Assembly: GCF_009914755.1 (NCBI RefSeq)
Contig: NC_060930.1
DNA: 64,000 nucleotides
Source: the human T2T-CHM13v2.0 reference genome, Homo sapiens
Strand: one strand, 5' to 3'
Position numbers and translations under genes: made by a program. The notes below the pieces were generated by a model, which was not told the DNA's origin, ran no database searches, and saw nothing but the letters and a program-made list of their open reading frames with translations. This document shows positions 21,471-38,061 of the stretch, piece after piece. Position 1 is the first letter of the stretch. Every line of letters starts with the position of its first letter.

Positions 21471-22379
21471 ATGTACCTGAGATATGAGCTTTGCAAGCTG
21501 TCAAAATTAGATTTCTAAACTTCCTGAGCTGAGAGTCAGGCTCCAAACCATGGTAAATTAACTGAATTAAGAAATGTCATTCTATGACACCTCTGAAGAA
21601 ATGGACTGCAAACCTGTCCCAGGCAGCACCATTCCAACCTGTGCTCAGTAGGATGAGCCTTTCTTTCCATCTAAATTTCGACACATCTCAATCTAACAAT
21701 ATTGGTCAACAAAACTTTAACAATAGCTTATTTTGTTTTCTATTCACAAATGTGGCATTTTTACCATGTATATACAGAATATGATATTATTTTCATGAGG
21801 ATATGAAAAAAGTGGGTCACCATCTGTGGATACCACAAAGAAAAACACTCTTGAGAATTAATCACTACATATTGGTAAAATAAAAAACATGGCACACTGT
21901 GTTAATTCTGGCTTGCTTTATAGTTAGTGAAATAAAAGTAACAGTCAAATCATGGAAAATTGAGTTAGCCAGAATGTGATCATCTTGGCAACAGGAATGA
22001 TTATTTTGTTCTTACATTTTGATTATGGCAAATTTTATACAAATTTTGTTGTAGCTTTAAATAATGAGACTTTGACATATGTCAGCTCAAACAATATTTA
22101 CTACCAACTTGCATTAAATGTCGTTAGATTACTCTATGTAACATGCTAACTTTAGAACTAACCTCTAATTCCTTGAGGGATAATCTGCTTCTGGGACCTG
22201 AGACAATCGGGTATTCATTACTTACCATGTGCTGATGGCTCTCCTTTCCATATAAAAATGATGCTAGTAATTCAATAAAAATAAGACATGTTTAAATGAA
22301 ATAATTTTCTAGTAATGGTGAAAGATTTCTGCAAAACCACTCACATTGTCTTGTGTGGCCTCCCTTTAAGTATCTCAAT

Positions 22380-22920
22380 TGAGTTCAACAAATATTTATT
22401 GTTTATCTACTCTGTGCCAAGCATTGATACAGGAAGGAACTTGTTCATAAAATGAACAAAGTAGATCCCTGTCCTTGACAGCATATCTTCTAGTGGAAGA
22501 AACACACAATAAGCATAAACATAATAAATGAATAATGGTAATAAGTGGTATTTTAAAAAAGGAAAAGTAGAGCAAAACAAGGGTGATCAGGAGAGCCAGG
22601 GTGGGGAGAAGATGGGACAGGTTTCAGTATTACATAGGGTAGTCAGGGTAAACCTCAAAAGAAGGTTAAGATTTGAGCTAATATATGAAAAAGATTAAGT
22701 TTTTAACCAAACACATTTCTGGGAGAAGAATATTTTAGACAGAGGGAAAAGCAAGTGAAAATATTCTAAGGAACATGCCTTGAGAGTTCAATGACAGTAC
22801 AGGCAGCGTGGAGAATGTGGGTGCAGGAGAGTGAGCACATCATAGAGGTCAGGAAGGGGGCCACATCAGGGCTTGAGGGCCATTATAAGGACTTTGGCTT
22901 TCATTAACTGAAATGCACTG
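22380..22920 (-). mobile_element. L2 fragment
   Basis: ttcaacaaatatttattg...tactctgtgccaagcat...ggccattataaggactttggcttt. Confidence 0.75.
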
Positions 22921-25857
22921 ACTGTCAATACTAATGTTAGGTCCAGATACGATATTAGTTGCAATTAGGGTTTCAATTTCCTACAGAACCAAAAAAGTAC
23001 CCTTAATTTCTGACCTTACCCCCAAATCAATTTTCTAAGTTTGCCTCTTTAATTATTCTTTTCCTTTCCGCATCTTTAATCTCTAATAATTAAAATATAT
23101 GTACTTCATTCTAATATTGTTATAAGATTTCCCCAAACCAGCCACATAGATGGTCTTTCAAAAGGAAAAGTAAATTGCTTTCACATGTTCATACCTGCTT
23201 TACCTTTGTCTATAAACACACGTAAATTAAGGATGGCAAGAAAAAATATTATAAACAAAAGACCTTATTTTAACCTACAAGATATTGCTATTGATAGTGT
23301 TTTTTGTTTTGTTTTTAGGTTGATCTATAACTCAGGAAATCATATTGAATCTTCTTTTTTTATGTTACCAATGAGCGGATGTATCATTCTTATTTTCTAA
23401 TTTATTATATGTGGGACTATAGATGGAAAACAATAAGAAACACAAGCTTTTAAGAAACTGGGCTTAATCTTGCTAAATTAAAGTTAAGAGAATAAAAAAG
23501 GAGAGAGATACAGAAAAGAAACATGGTATACAGATTATTTTGAAATCATAATGATTATCTTTAATAATCTAATTTTCAAATCGTAATGATTATCTTTAAT
23601 AATCTAATAATTTAGCTTTAATAAATTCAGATAAAATATTAAGGGCTTTCTCTATATAAATCTCAATGTTTACAAATTCTAAGAGAAAAAGATAGGTAAC
23701 AATGGATACAACAGGAATTTATTAAAATGTTTCTTTTCTTTAGATAAAAGTTACAACCTAAAACATAAATGTATCCATATAATTAAAACTCAAATCTTTA
23801 GTTTACTATAGGCAGAGACTCTTTATTTGGAAAACTGTGTCTTTCTCTAGTTTATGTTGGGGAGCTACCTTTACTTCAGATATATGCCACTGTAGTTTCA
23901 AGAACATTAGACTCAATGCTTAAATAATGCTTTCAACAGCAGTTATTTTATGCCTACTGTAGGGTAAAATATAATATGGGATAGTCAGAAAAAAGCAATC
24001 CCTTGATAATACAGTACTTTTTCTAACACAGCTTATATTCTAGTAAGGAAAATAGGGTTAAATGAAATAATGCATGCATAAGACTCATGTAACCAGAACA
24101 AAAACAGTGTAAAACATTTATATCCATATTAAAGGAATGGTGGAATTAATGCAATTGATTAGAATAAAATGGAATTAGGCACAAAAAGCATCTAAAAGGA
24201 AGAGTTGTAAACCATGTTCAGAATGAAACAGTAAACTTGACTTGCTAAAGTTCTGGCTTCTCCAAGGTTGGACTGGGATACTGACAGGGATGCAAATCAA
24301 ATATCAAAATACTGAAGTATACATCCACTTTAAATCCATTATGGAATATAAGTGCACATGTTTTTACACATACATACACATAATGCATACCTTTAGATTT
24401 CTAATTCTTTCATGACCCACCATTTTTGTTCACTTGAAAAAAAAAAGTAGAGAGAATGGTATAAATAGAAATAGTTGGGATTTTAAGGAAAATATGGCTA
24501 TAGTTAATTGTGAATCTGATCTTTCTTTGGATGGGAAAATGGAAAAAAATTCTGAGTCAGAAACCTGATTTGAGTCATGTTCCCTAGTAACATGACTGCT
24601 GATTTTTCTCACATTGACAGACATTCTTTGCATTTTATTTTTTTCACCTGGTTATTTCACCCTGGGTCCACAGGGAAGAATAGCAGGTGGAATCCCATAT
24701 AATCATATGCTTTCATTAAATTTCTTATGAAAAGCAAAGTAACTCATGCTGATCAAAGTGACAGGTGGAATCTAAAGAGCCTCACAGACTTATAGATAAA
24801 ATCACGTAAGTTATAAATATATCCCCGTCATCTAAAAAATGATCAGGCATAAAAAGCAATGATTAGAACAGGTAGAAAAAGGTAGTACAGAAAGTTAGCC
24901 ATGAAATTAACTGCAGAAGAAATGGAGAAAGAAGGAGGGCAGTAGAAAAAGACCCTTCCCTGTTGGGAAGCCAGGGATTTAGTGTAGAGTTGGACGAAAC
25001 TCTATCTAACTGCAACCCTGAATAAGGGTGAAGAGCACATATTAATTTACATATTTGATGCCTTCTTTAGAAAAGATGATATTAATAATTAAAGAAATAA
25101 ATTTAGTATATCTGGCCATGATAATTCACAGGCTATATATCTTGAAATCTGATAAGTGACCCTCAAGGACTATTACCAACTTGATAGTATCTCTGACTAG
25201 TCTGGTCTGTTTCAGGCACACAGCCAAGACTTTTGTTCAACACTACTCAGCAAAAAAAGCATAATTGTATGAAAACCTCATTATCACACCTGGCAGCAAA
25301 TGGCAGATGATATGGCTTCAGACTAAGATTATTTCTCTTAAACTTTATGTGACAGATCACAGAACAATTTGTGATGGCAGCCAAGGTTGAAGGAGGGTGT
25401 AGTATAATAACTACGTTTGTGGCCATTCCTAGTGCTTCCCAATAACTTTTAATTTTTGTCATTTAAAATAAAAAAGAACACAATTTTTAAATATAGTCTT
25501 TGTTGAATATTAGCTATTTATTCCATTTAAAAAATTTAATATTAGTTCTTAAAAGCTTACTTGAGGTAAAGCTTTTGTTCTCATTTAGTTAATAATCATT
25601 AATGAAATTCTAATATAGAGAATTTTAGGCAGTAAAGCTGAAGCTGTCTCTATATTTCTATTAATTTTCAGGGGCAACTGATTCTGTAAAAAAAAAAAAA
25701 GGATACTATAAGGAGTACAACTACAAAAACAAACACACATATTTAAGAGCTTTAATATTTCCTGAAATTAAATCACATGAAAAGAAATTCTAATAAGTTC
25801 TTCCATTCATACTTTTCATTTTAAGCTATATAAACAAAACAAATCAAATTTTACCAT

Positions 25858-27110
25858 CATTTAACAAATATTTATTGAGTACTTATCACATACTAGATAA
25901 CTTTTTAGAAACTAGGGATATGGCAGTGGAGGAAAAAGAAAACTCCCTGCTTTCATAGAACTTAACAGTATATGAATAGAGACAGAACATAAATAATTAA
26001 ATATCAAATATGTCAGATATTTATAAATGTATGAAAAGAGGAAAGTGGGCTGAGGGTAAAATTTTACATAGGTTGATCAAAGAAGGCCTTATTGAGAAAA
26101 GGATATTTGAGGAAATGTTAAAGGAGGTGAGAGAGCTAGTCATGTGGAAAACTGGGCAGAGGCAGGTATGGTGAGGATGTCAAGTAGACAGAAAGACAAG
26201 CTTTGACCTAGTTTGAATTAGAAAAATAGCAAACAGGCCACAACAAAGTGGGCAAGGGGGGAAACTAGGAGGAGATAATGTGAGAAAGGTAACAGGAAGC
26301 CAGAAGTCTCAGGGCCTTTTACACTATTGCAAGAATTTGTTTTTATTCTGAATAAAATGATAAGCTTTCCTGGGGTTTTGAGCAGAGAAATTACCTCAGA
26401 ACCATCACAGCTTTTGTGTTGAGGACAGACTAAAGGGCAATAAAGGAGGAAGCAGTGAAACAGAATTTTCAGGCTAAAGGGCAATAAAGGAGGAAGCAGA
26501 ATTTCATTAACAGTTAAAAAATTGTTACAATAATCCAGGTAAAAGAGGTTCAGTTAAGAGAAGTAATGATACTGACAATGAGAAAAGGTTAGATTCTGGA
26601 TACATTCTGTAGTTAAAGCTACTAAGTTTTGTAGGTGGCCTGGGTACAAAGTGGTAATTCCAACATTTTTAGTCACAGGAAGAGGAAGAATGGGGTTGTC
26701 ATTTACTGAGATGGGAAAGGCTGCAACAGGAGCAGGGCTGGGAGTCAGTGGGAGATTGGGAGTCCAAGTCTGGACATGTTACATATGCTATGTCTATTAC
26801 AGATCTGAGTATAAATGTGAAGTGGAGTTTTACCACGTGATTCTGAAGTTCAGAGAAGAGGTACAGGTTAGAGATAAAGATTTGGGAGTCACAAATATAA
26901 AGATGTATGACTTGATGAGATTACCAAGGAAGTGGAGATTAATAGCAAAAAGAAAAGTTTCAAGCTTCAAGCCCCGAAGCATTCTAATGTTTACAGCTGG
27001 CAGGGAGTGGGGAAGATGAAAAGGAATAAGCTGAGGAAAACTACGAAGGAACAATCAGTGAGGCAGGAGGAAAGCAAGGGGAGTGTGCTATCCTGGAAGC
27101 AAAGAGAAGA
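25858..27110 (-). mobile_element. L2 fragment
   Basis: catttaacaaatatttattgagtacttatc...gattctggatacatt...gttgtcatttactgagatgggaaag. Confidence 0.75.
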
Positions 27111-27332
27111 AATTCTGTATGTTGGGCTTCAAATTTTTCCTTTACCTATATTCTTATTTTAAAGTATTTTCTTAACCTATATACTCAGATGTAGAATTAC
27201 TAGGCCCAATTGATAAATTTGTTGAACAGGCCAGTACTAGGAAATGGATTTGTGCTACTCCACTAGAGATGCTAATTAATATCCAAGCTAATTAATCAAT
27301 ACTTTCTGAATTGAGAAATTATGCTGAATATC

Positions 27333-30322
27333 ATGATATGCCCCTCGGATCCCCCACTGTTGTCCTGGGGGTTGCCTCAGCTGCAAAGAGTCGTTTCACC
27401 ACAGACCACGACCTATGCTCTTTCCCAGAGTGACCCACATCCACATCCAGTGACTAATTGATGCAGGAATATAAAGCCTTGACCATCTCAGCCCAACTGG
27501 TAACAACTCTGAAAAGCCACTGTAGCTTCAGAGTTCCCCACGGGATCAGGGAAAGCTGTCATGGTGCCTGCAGGCAGCTCAACTTCTCCTTCTGCCCATT
27601 CCTGCTTCCTTTGTTATTTCTTCCACAGAGTTTAATCTCAAGGGCACTTCTTACAAACCTCTTAAACACTAAACTTCATTTCCGAATGTGCCTCCCAGGT
27701 AACCTAATCTTGGAATAGTCTGAGAAAGCTGGTAATAAGATGGGGCTTTGGCACTGGTTAACTCACTGCTGCAGTGGTAATGAGGACCCCACCACTGGTA
27801 GAAGATGGAGCACATGCCCGGTCCAAGGTAGCAGTCCAACTATTAAAACTCACCAGAGGTGAGTTGAGATGTTGGGAAGGGAACATCTTAGCTAGAATGA
27901 TATTTCAGATGTTTGAGAAATATGAGAGAAGTAGAGTAACTATAAGGACAATGGGAAAAAAAACACAAAAAGCTCAGAGAAAGTAATTGCCAACAAGAAA
28001 GCCAGAGGCCCTCCTTTGTAGATACAAAGATGTTCTCAGCTTCTGTAGCTGCTGGGTAGAGAAAGCTTATGTCCAGAAACAGGGCTCAATCATCAGAATA
28101 TTCAAGCTCCCAAACTCAAGGAAAGCAGATCTGCTAAGTCAGAATCCTAGTTACAAAAGAATGGGAATTTGCCACATGGAATGGGATGTCTGGTTTGATG
28201 TCTGTCGAAATCCTGAATCCCCAGATTCCCCCAGAGCTTTCGCATCTCACAAAGTGGCCTTCCCCTTCTTTCTTGGGATGATAAGGGTAGAGATTTCACC
28301 CCCATAAGTTAACATGTGCCCCTTAACTACCATCTACCTCTGCCTCCCCTCCAGATCCCTGGGCCAATAACTAAGGTTTTATCACAATATAACCTATCTG
28401 GGACATACTAGAGTTGATAAAGGAAGAAAGAGACTTTACCCCAAAGGAGCCACAAGACCAGTATTTGTATTAGCCAGGAGAATACATGTAGAATTAAATT
28501 CTGAGGGTGTTTGATTAAAAGGGCTGGAACCTAGGAAAAGGGAGAGCTTACTGATTTGCAGGCACTCTCCTGAGATACAGGATTTAACATGTGGCAAGAA
28601 TCCCAGAAGATGGTGCAAACTCATTGCTAGGATGGTTCCTAGAAACATGGACAAATTAATGGCTGATACTAATATGACTGAAATGCCAGGAATGCTGTGG
28701 CAAATGACAGAAGAGGGGATTGCGAGGCTCAGAGAACTGGGCAGTCTGGTATATAGACACATGTAAAAGCCAGAAAATCCATAAGATGAACATATTCCAC
28801 AGGAAGGCCCAGAAAACACACCATTTCCCAAAGCCATAAGGAATATGCCAATGAGAAGACATCAACATTACTAAAAATTTCAGTGGTGGTTCTCCCCTGA
28901 AGGTCAGGAGTGACAGAAGAAAAGGATGATATATAACCAGCCTGACTGATAGCAATAAGGATGCTAAGACCAGGTGAGAATGCTTAACAATCAGAAGCCA
29001 GATGGACACAATTATCATAAGAGTGGCAAAAGTGGGGTGTGTGTGGCTAACCCACAAAATGTTTTTGAGATAATTAACGGAATCTTGCATCCCTAGAGGC
29101 AAAACGGAGAGCTAACAAAGCTACTACTCAATATTTACTATCAAAAGAAACCAAAGATGAATGACCACAAAGTTGAGTGTAGCTGCCCCAATGAAGTCAC
29201 AATCTCTTGCTCAGCTTCCGAACCTGAGTTAATTTTTAGACCCAGAACCCATAAACTGAAGAAGAGGCCTAGTTCCCAGAAGAAAGAACCTTATAACACC
29301 ATGACAAGAATACAGGGTAATAATCCCCCTAATCTTTATCCACAGGGAACTACAGCCCTTTACCCAAGTAACTATGCACTGGAGAAGGACTATTCAAATG
29401 TCTGAGAACTAATGAGCACACAGTTGACACTGATACCTGGAGACTTGAAGCATCAAAACACTGTTCCCCTCTCCCTGTTAGAGTAGAGGCATACAGGAGC
29501 CAGTAATAAATGGAGCCCCAGCCAAGTTCTGGCTCATAATAGGTCCACTGTCACCACAGACCCACCTGGTGGTGATTCCTCAGACCCTAGATGTGTAATC
29601 AGAAAAGACAGACTTGGTAAGTGCCACAAGACCCATATCAAATCCTCAGCCTGTGAGTGAAGAGCTCTCATTGTGGAGAAGACCGAGAGGAAGAATTTGA
29701 AGCTGCTCTACCCTAAACCTGCCAAGATGGCAAATAAAAAAAACCAACATAGCATTGATGGAGAAAGAGGGGGAGGTTGATGGGCATTGAAGGAGAAAGA
29801 GAGGGAGGTTGATGGGCAGAAATTAGTGTCCATGTAAGTATCTAAACAGCAGGCAGGGGTAATCCCAACTAAGTTATCCATGGCTATTGGTGGGTCCATG
29901 TTGCAGTATAACCTCTGTACTATGTCCTCTCCTCCAAAGAGGTTTATCCCAATGGGTACTCCTTTTTTTTTAATTTTTTTAAGAAAGAGTCTTGCTCTGT
30001 TGCCCAGGCTGGAGTGCGGGGTGGTGTGATCTTGGCTAACTGCAACCTCCGCCTCCCAGGTTCAGGCAATTCTCGTCTCTCAGCCTCTGAGTAGCTGGGA
30101 TTACAGGCATACGCCACCATGCCTGGCTAATGTTTTTGTATTTTTTAGTAGAGACAGGGTTTCGCCATGCTGGCCAGGCTGGTCTCCAAATCCTGGCCTC
30201 AAGTGATCTGCTTGCCTCGGCCTTCCAAAGTGCTGGGATTAAAGGTGTGAGCCACTGTGCCTGGCCCAAGGGTACTCCTTAATAAACTCTATCTCAGAGT
30301 CTGATGTCTAGGTAACCTGTAA
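27333..30322 (+). mobile_element. Ancient ERVL-class provirus remnant: LTR16-like 5' LTR (~27333-27716), degenerate internal region, and partial 3' LTR split by an Alu
   Basis: LTR16-type motifs (cttctccttctgcccattcctgcttcc...tcccaggtaacctaa); the LTR end recurs at ~29920-29962 and 30267-30322 (aataaactctatctcagagtctg...ggtaacct); purine-rich decayed gag/pro-like interior. Confidence 0.65.
29963..30266 (-). mobile_element. AluS (Sx/Sz-like)
   Basis: Reverse-complement dimer; TSD gggtactcctt at 29954-29964 and 30270-30280. Confidence 0.92.
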
Positions 30323-31459
30323 CAATCATTTCCCACTTTGAATTTAAGTTATGTTTCTTTTTAAAATAATCTTGGGTTTATCTTCACTACAACTTCCCAA
30401 TTTAATTGGGTAGTGTTAGGTTTCACATCTAGATCATTTTCCTGAAACAATGTTATGACAGAAAGTATTTTTTTAGTCTTTGGCATTTTTCTCTGGAAGT
30501 ACAAACCCTGATTCATAGGTGCTATCTACATTTAAAATTATTGTTTACACTTGTCAATCCCTGTTTCCTTACAAAGAACTAAGGTAACTCCTCAATTCCA
30601 CATTTAAAAAAAAAACAGTTTTCTTCATTCTGGATTGATATAAAATATTCAAAATTTGTTCGTATCTCATTTTTTCCCAAAACTTTTCATTGATTCCCAA
30701 TAATAAAAACTCCTTCTCCCCTTATTTCATCAGCGTTTAAGTGCACCTAACTTGTTAGCAGCGTCTGTTTGTTAAAGTTGTCTTATTTAGATAGACTTTA
30801 TTCCAGACTGCATTTCCTTTCCTCTTATATAGCCTTACGGTATTATCTATACAATCTCTTGATTAATGTTGCTACTGAGGAAGTTGGATAATTTCAAAAC
30901 CTTACATGAGCGTTTCACAAGATAAGGCACTTTAAGTATAAAAAACTATTAGAAATTAACTGTATTATGTGATCTCAAACTGCAGAGTTTCTCAACTATT
31001 TCTATAAATAAGTATAGTTCAAATAATTACAATAAATAAATCAAGCATGTGGTTCTAAAATGTAGTCCATACTAATTGGCAAATGTACCCAGCATTAAAA
31101 CCTTGAGTAATGAGAGGTTCAATGCATTCTAAATGTTGTGCAAGCTGATGAAAGCACTTTCTGCTGTTGGATAAAACTTCTTAAAAATAAACATTATAAT
31201 AAAAAGAAACCAGAAGTGCATCTCTAGTTAGAGTTAATTCTAGTGATGACTTTATTTCTAAGAAAAACCAAGGCAACATATGTGTTTTTAAATAGTATGT
31301 GGTTTCTGTGGCTACACAGTAACCAAGGGATGACTGTCAGTGTGATAAAATTCTCTTAGAATATATTACTAAATTATGGTGGGAGTCTCTTTTCTGAAAA
31401 AAAATGGAAAAATTTACAATAGCATCTGGCCCACAATCAAATGCTAACTTAAAAAGATA

Positions 31460-31956
31460 CAGGTTGAGCATCTCTAATCCAAAAATCCAAAATCCAAAAT
31501 GCTCCAAAATCTGAAACATTTTGAGCGCTGATATGATGCCACCAGTTACCCTGAACACATTATTTTTTTCATTGCATTAATGGTATATTATGTTTTATAC
31601 TGTTAAGGATTTATGCATGATAAGTGCAAAAAATGATTGCTTATTGCTAGCATATAAAATTCAGAATCAGGGATAATGGTGATGCCAAACAACCATACAT
31701 TGTCCACATGGGTAGCTGAGACAGTGACATCTTTGCCTCTGATGGTTCGATGTACATAAACTTTGTTTTACACACAAAATTATTTAAACTTTTGCATAAA
31801 ATTACCTTTAGGCTATGTGTATATGATTTATATGAAACATAAATAAATTTCTTGTGTAGATATGGGTACCATCTCATTATATATATATGCAAATATTTCA
31901 AAATCTGCATAAACACTAATGGTCTCAGGTGATTTGGATAAGAGACTCTCAACCTA
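31460..31956. mobile_element. Tigger4 (Zombi)-type non-autonomous Tc1/mariner DNA transposon
   Basis: TA-caggttgagcatctctaatccaaaaatcc ... ggataagagactctcaacct terminal inverted repeats. Confidence 0.8.
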
Positions 31957-32519
31957 CATAGCACTGCATTTTAATCAAATATTATAGATTTAATCAGAGA
32001 TGCATGGATCATGATGGAATGCCCTGTCCTTGCTCCATTCTGGACCCCTGTGGACTGTACCAACTCATGCTCAATCCCCACCTCTTTTTCTGCTTTTCCT
32101 TTGTGGCTGGTGGTTGACCATAAGAGAGTCAAATACCAGCTACAAAGATGACTGAAGATCAGATTTTATCATCAACCAGAAAGTACAGATTGTCGATAAA
32201 TGTAAAAAGGTTTGCAGGTAATTTAGTCACTGGTCACTGCCTCCTTTACCATAATCATGCATTTCAACAGCCACAGGTTCTAAAGGTTCTTGTAAAAAAA
32301 AAAGTATATTCAGGGACAGCAACAGAAATAATCTATTCTGGATAGACACATGATATTATCATTTGTCCATTAACAGTTATGAGGAAATAGATAGGATATA
32401 TGCATTTTTCATTCAAATTACTTCTAATTATTAAACCATATTGCATAAATCTTGGATTTTTTAATAGTCTGTTATGTTATTGTTACTGACTAAAATATAG
32501 GTTAAATAAAGATACATAC

Positions 32520-32623
32520 TTGGAAGAAACTGCCTCCATGAATTCGTCCAAAAAATCATCATATTCAGAACCTCTTACTCTTCTCTGCCGTAGTCCAATG
32601 TAGAGTGGATCTTTAAGTAACTC
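32520..32623 (-). CDS. ME1: Malic enzyme 1 internal coding exon (likely exon 6), 104 nt, phase 0/2
   Basis: ttttttaatag|GAGTTACTT...TCTTCCAA|gtatgt. Translates [34 protein letters not shown] plus AA of a split Lys codon, continuing in frame from the 63384 exon across a 30.8-kb intron. Confidence 0.97.
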
Positions 32624-32826
32624 CTATTAAAAAAAGTTACCATAAAAATAGAAATAACTATAACCAAATCATTTATTGAGCCTCAGTTTCTTCATCTGTA
32701 TAAAAGGGACAAAAATAGAAATAAAATCTTACCATACTGATTCAGAATTAACCTACAGGGTAATTACTTAATGTTACATAGAATATACCTGTAGTATTTA
32801 TACACCAAATAAGAAAAATAATTTCT

Positions 32827-33156
<330 letters not shown>

Positions 33157-33574
33157 TTAAAAACATTCTAGATTATTCTGAGGAAAAGAAAAAAATAAAA
33201 TATTTCATTTGTGTTAATTAGAAAAGTGCAATTCAGATTTTACAGACAAAGGTAATCACACAGAGAAATAACATTTAGTTTTGAAATATTAGCTTAAGGA
33301 ATGGAAAGATAGCAATTCCTTTCTTAATTTTCCACTTCCGAAAGCAAAATTATCAAACAATGGTTTTACTTTACCTTTACTATGATAGTTAACAGACTTT
33401 AAAATAAATTTTTTAGCCTTTACTAGTGTTTTCTTAAATTTTTTAACTTTACACAGTTTAAGTTGTTTCTTAAACTGATATATCTGAGAATGTTGCCCTG
33501 TGTAAATTTTGGTATATATAATATGTAATATCACTTTTATTAAATCAGTTTTGAAATTGAGATATAATTTAAAT

Positions 33575-34145
33575 ATAACATACCCATTCATAACAAAAGC
33601 TCTCAGTAAACTAGAAGCAGAAAGGAACTTCCTTAACGCAATAAAGGACATCTATGAAAATCCCACAGCTGATAGCATATTTAGCAGTGAAAGACTGAGT
33701 GCTCTTCACTTACGATAGGGAACAAGACAAGAATACTTACCTTCATCACTTCTACTCTACACTATACTGGAGACCCTAGCTATTACAATAAGGCAAGAAA
33801 AAGAAAGAAATATAGATTGAAAAAAAAAGAAGCAAAACTTTTTTATTTGTACACATATAATTGTGTACATAGAAAATACTAAGAAATCTACCAAAAAAAA
33901 TCCCAGTAGAAAAAAATACATGAATTTAACACAATCACAGTTTATAAAGTAAATATACACAAATCAATTTTACCTCTATACACTTGCAATGGACAGTTAA
34001 AAATGAAATAAAATATACAACTCCATTTATAATACCAGCCCAAAATGCAAAATTCATAAGGACATATTTAAGAAAATATGTGTAAGACCTGCACACTGGA
34101 AACTACAAAATATTGCTGAAAGAAACTCAAAAAGACTTAAATTGG
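33575..34145 (+). mobile_element. Old L1M ORF2 fragment
   Basis: Degenerate RT-region translation (PFITKALSKLEAERNFLNAIKDIYENPTA). Confidence 0.75.
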
Positions 34146-34189
34146 GAATAACCTGCAAAAAATAAAAATAAAAAAAAAAGACCAAAGTG

Positions 34190-37440
<3,251 letters not shown>

Positions 37441-38061
37441 AGGGTGATGTTAAGAAGGTTAAACCTTCAGATGTTAAGAATAATCTGAAGAGGAGTTTAC
37501 TTACAGGCAACAGAAATTATAGCCCAGTTCTTCACACTTGTTGTCCTGTTGTAATTAGTAATGGCACCCTCTGTCGTTGTGAAATTGTCTTGGTTTGGCC
37601 AATATATCTTACTTATAATGTATTGCATAAGAAGAGTTAAGGATTTCCAGCTAGCTGAAAGTTAACAAGTTATATCATATAAATATATTTCAGATGAAAT
37701 GTAAAATCTGAAATCAAGTGCCGCTGTAAACTGCAGCTGTTCCTTAAGGCATAAAAACTTTAAACAATTACTGGCAGGCTTCTGAGCAGCTGAAGTTGAA
37801 GTGCCAATGTGCTACTAATGGCTGCCAGAATTAAAATACTTTCTCCATGTCTAGAATATATTTAGACTTCTAAAATGTGAATTAGAAAAATTACACAATT
37901 GAGAAAAAAATGCTACGTTTCCCCTTCTCTTTTCTCCCTCCTTTCCCATGTTAATAATTAAAGTATACACCATAAAGAAGTCTGACTACAATGTAGTCGA
38001 TTACAAAGATTTATGAACAAGATAGAGATTCTGAAGTAAATCAGAAAGTTAAAAAATTATC

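Noticed and set aside
27720-29900. Several 80-150-aa ORFs as a domesticated ERV gene
   Set aside because: Frames are short, on both strands and stop-ridden; consistent with decayed ERVL internal sequence.
32621-32626. NAGNAG acceptor (TAG|GAG) that could drop one Glu
   Set aside because: GAG is a rarely used acceptor and the proximal TAG follows the T tract directly; no evidence of use.
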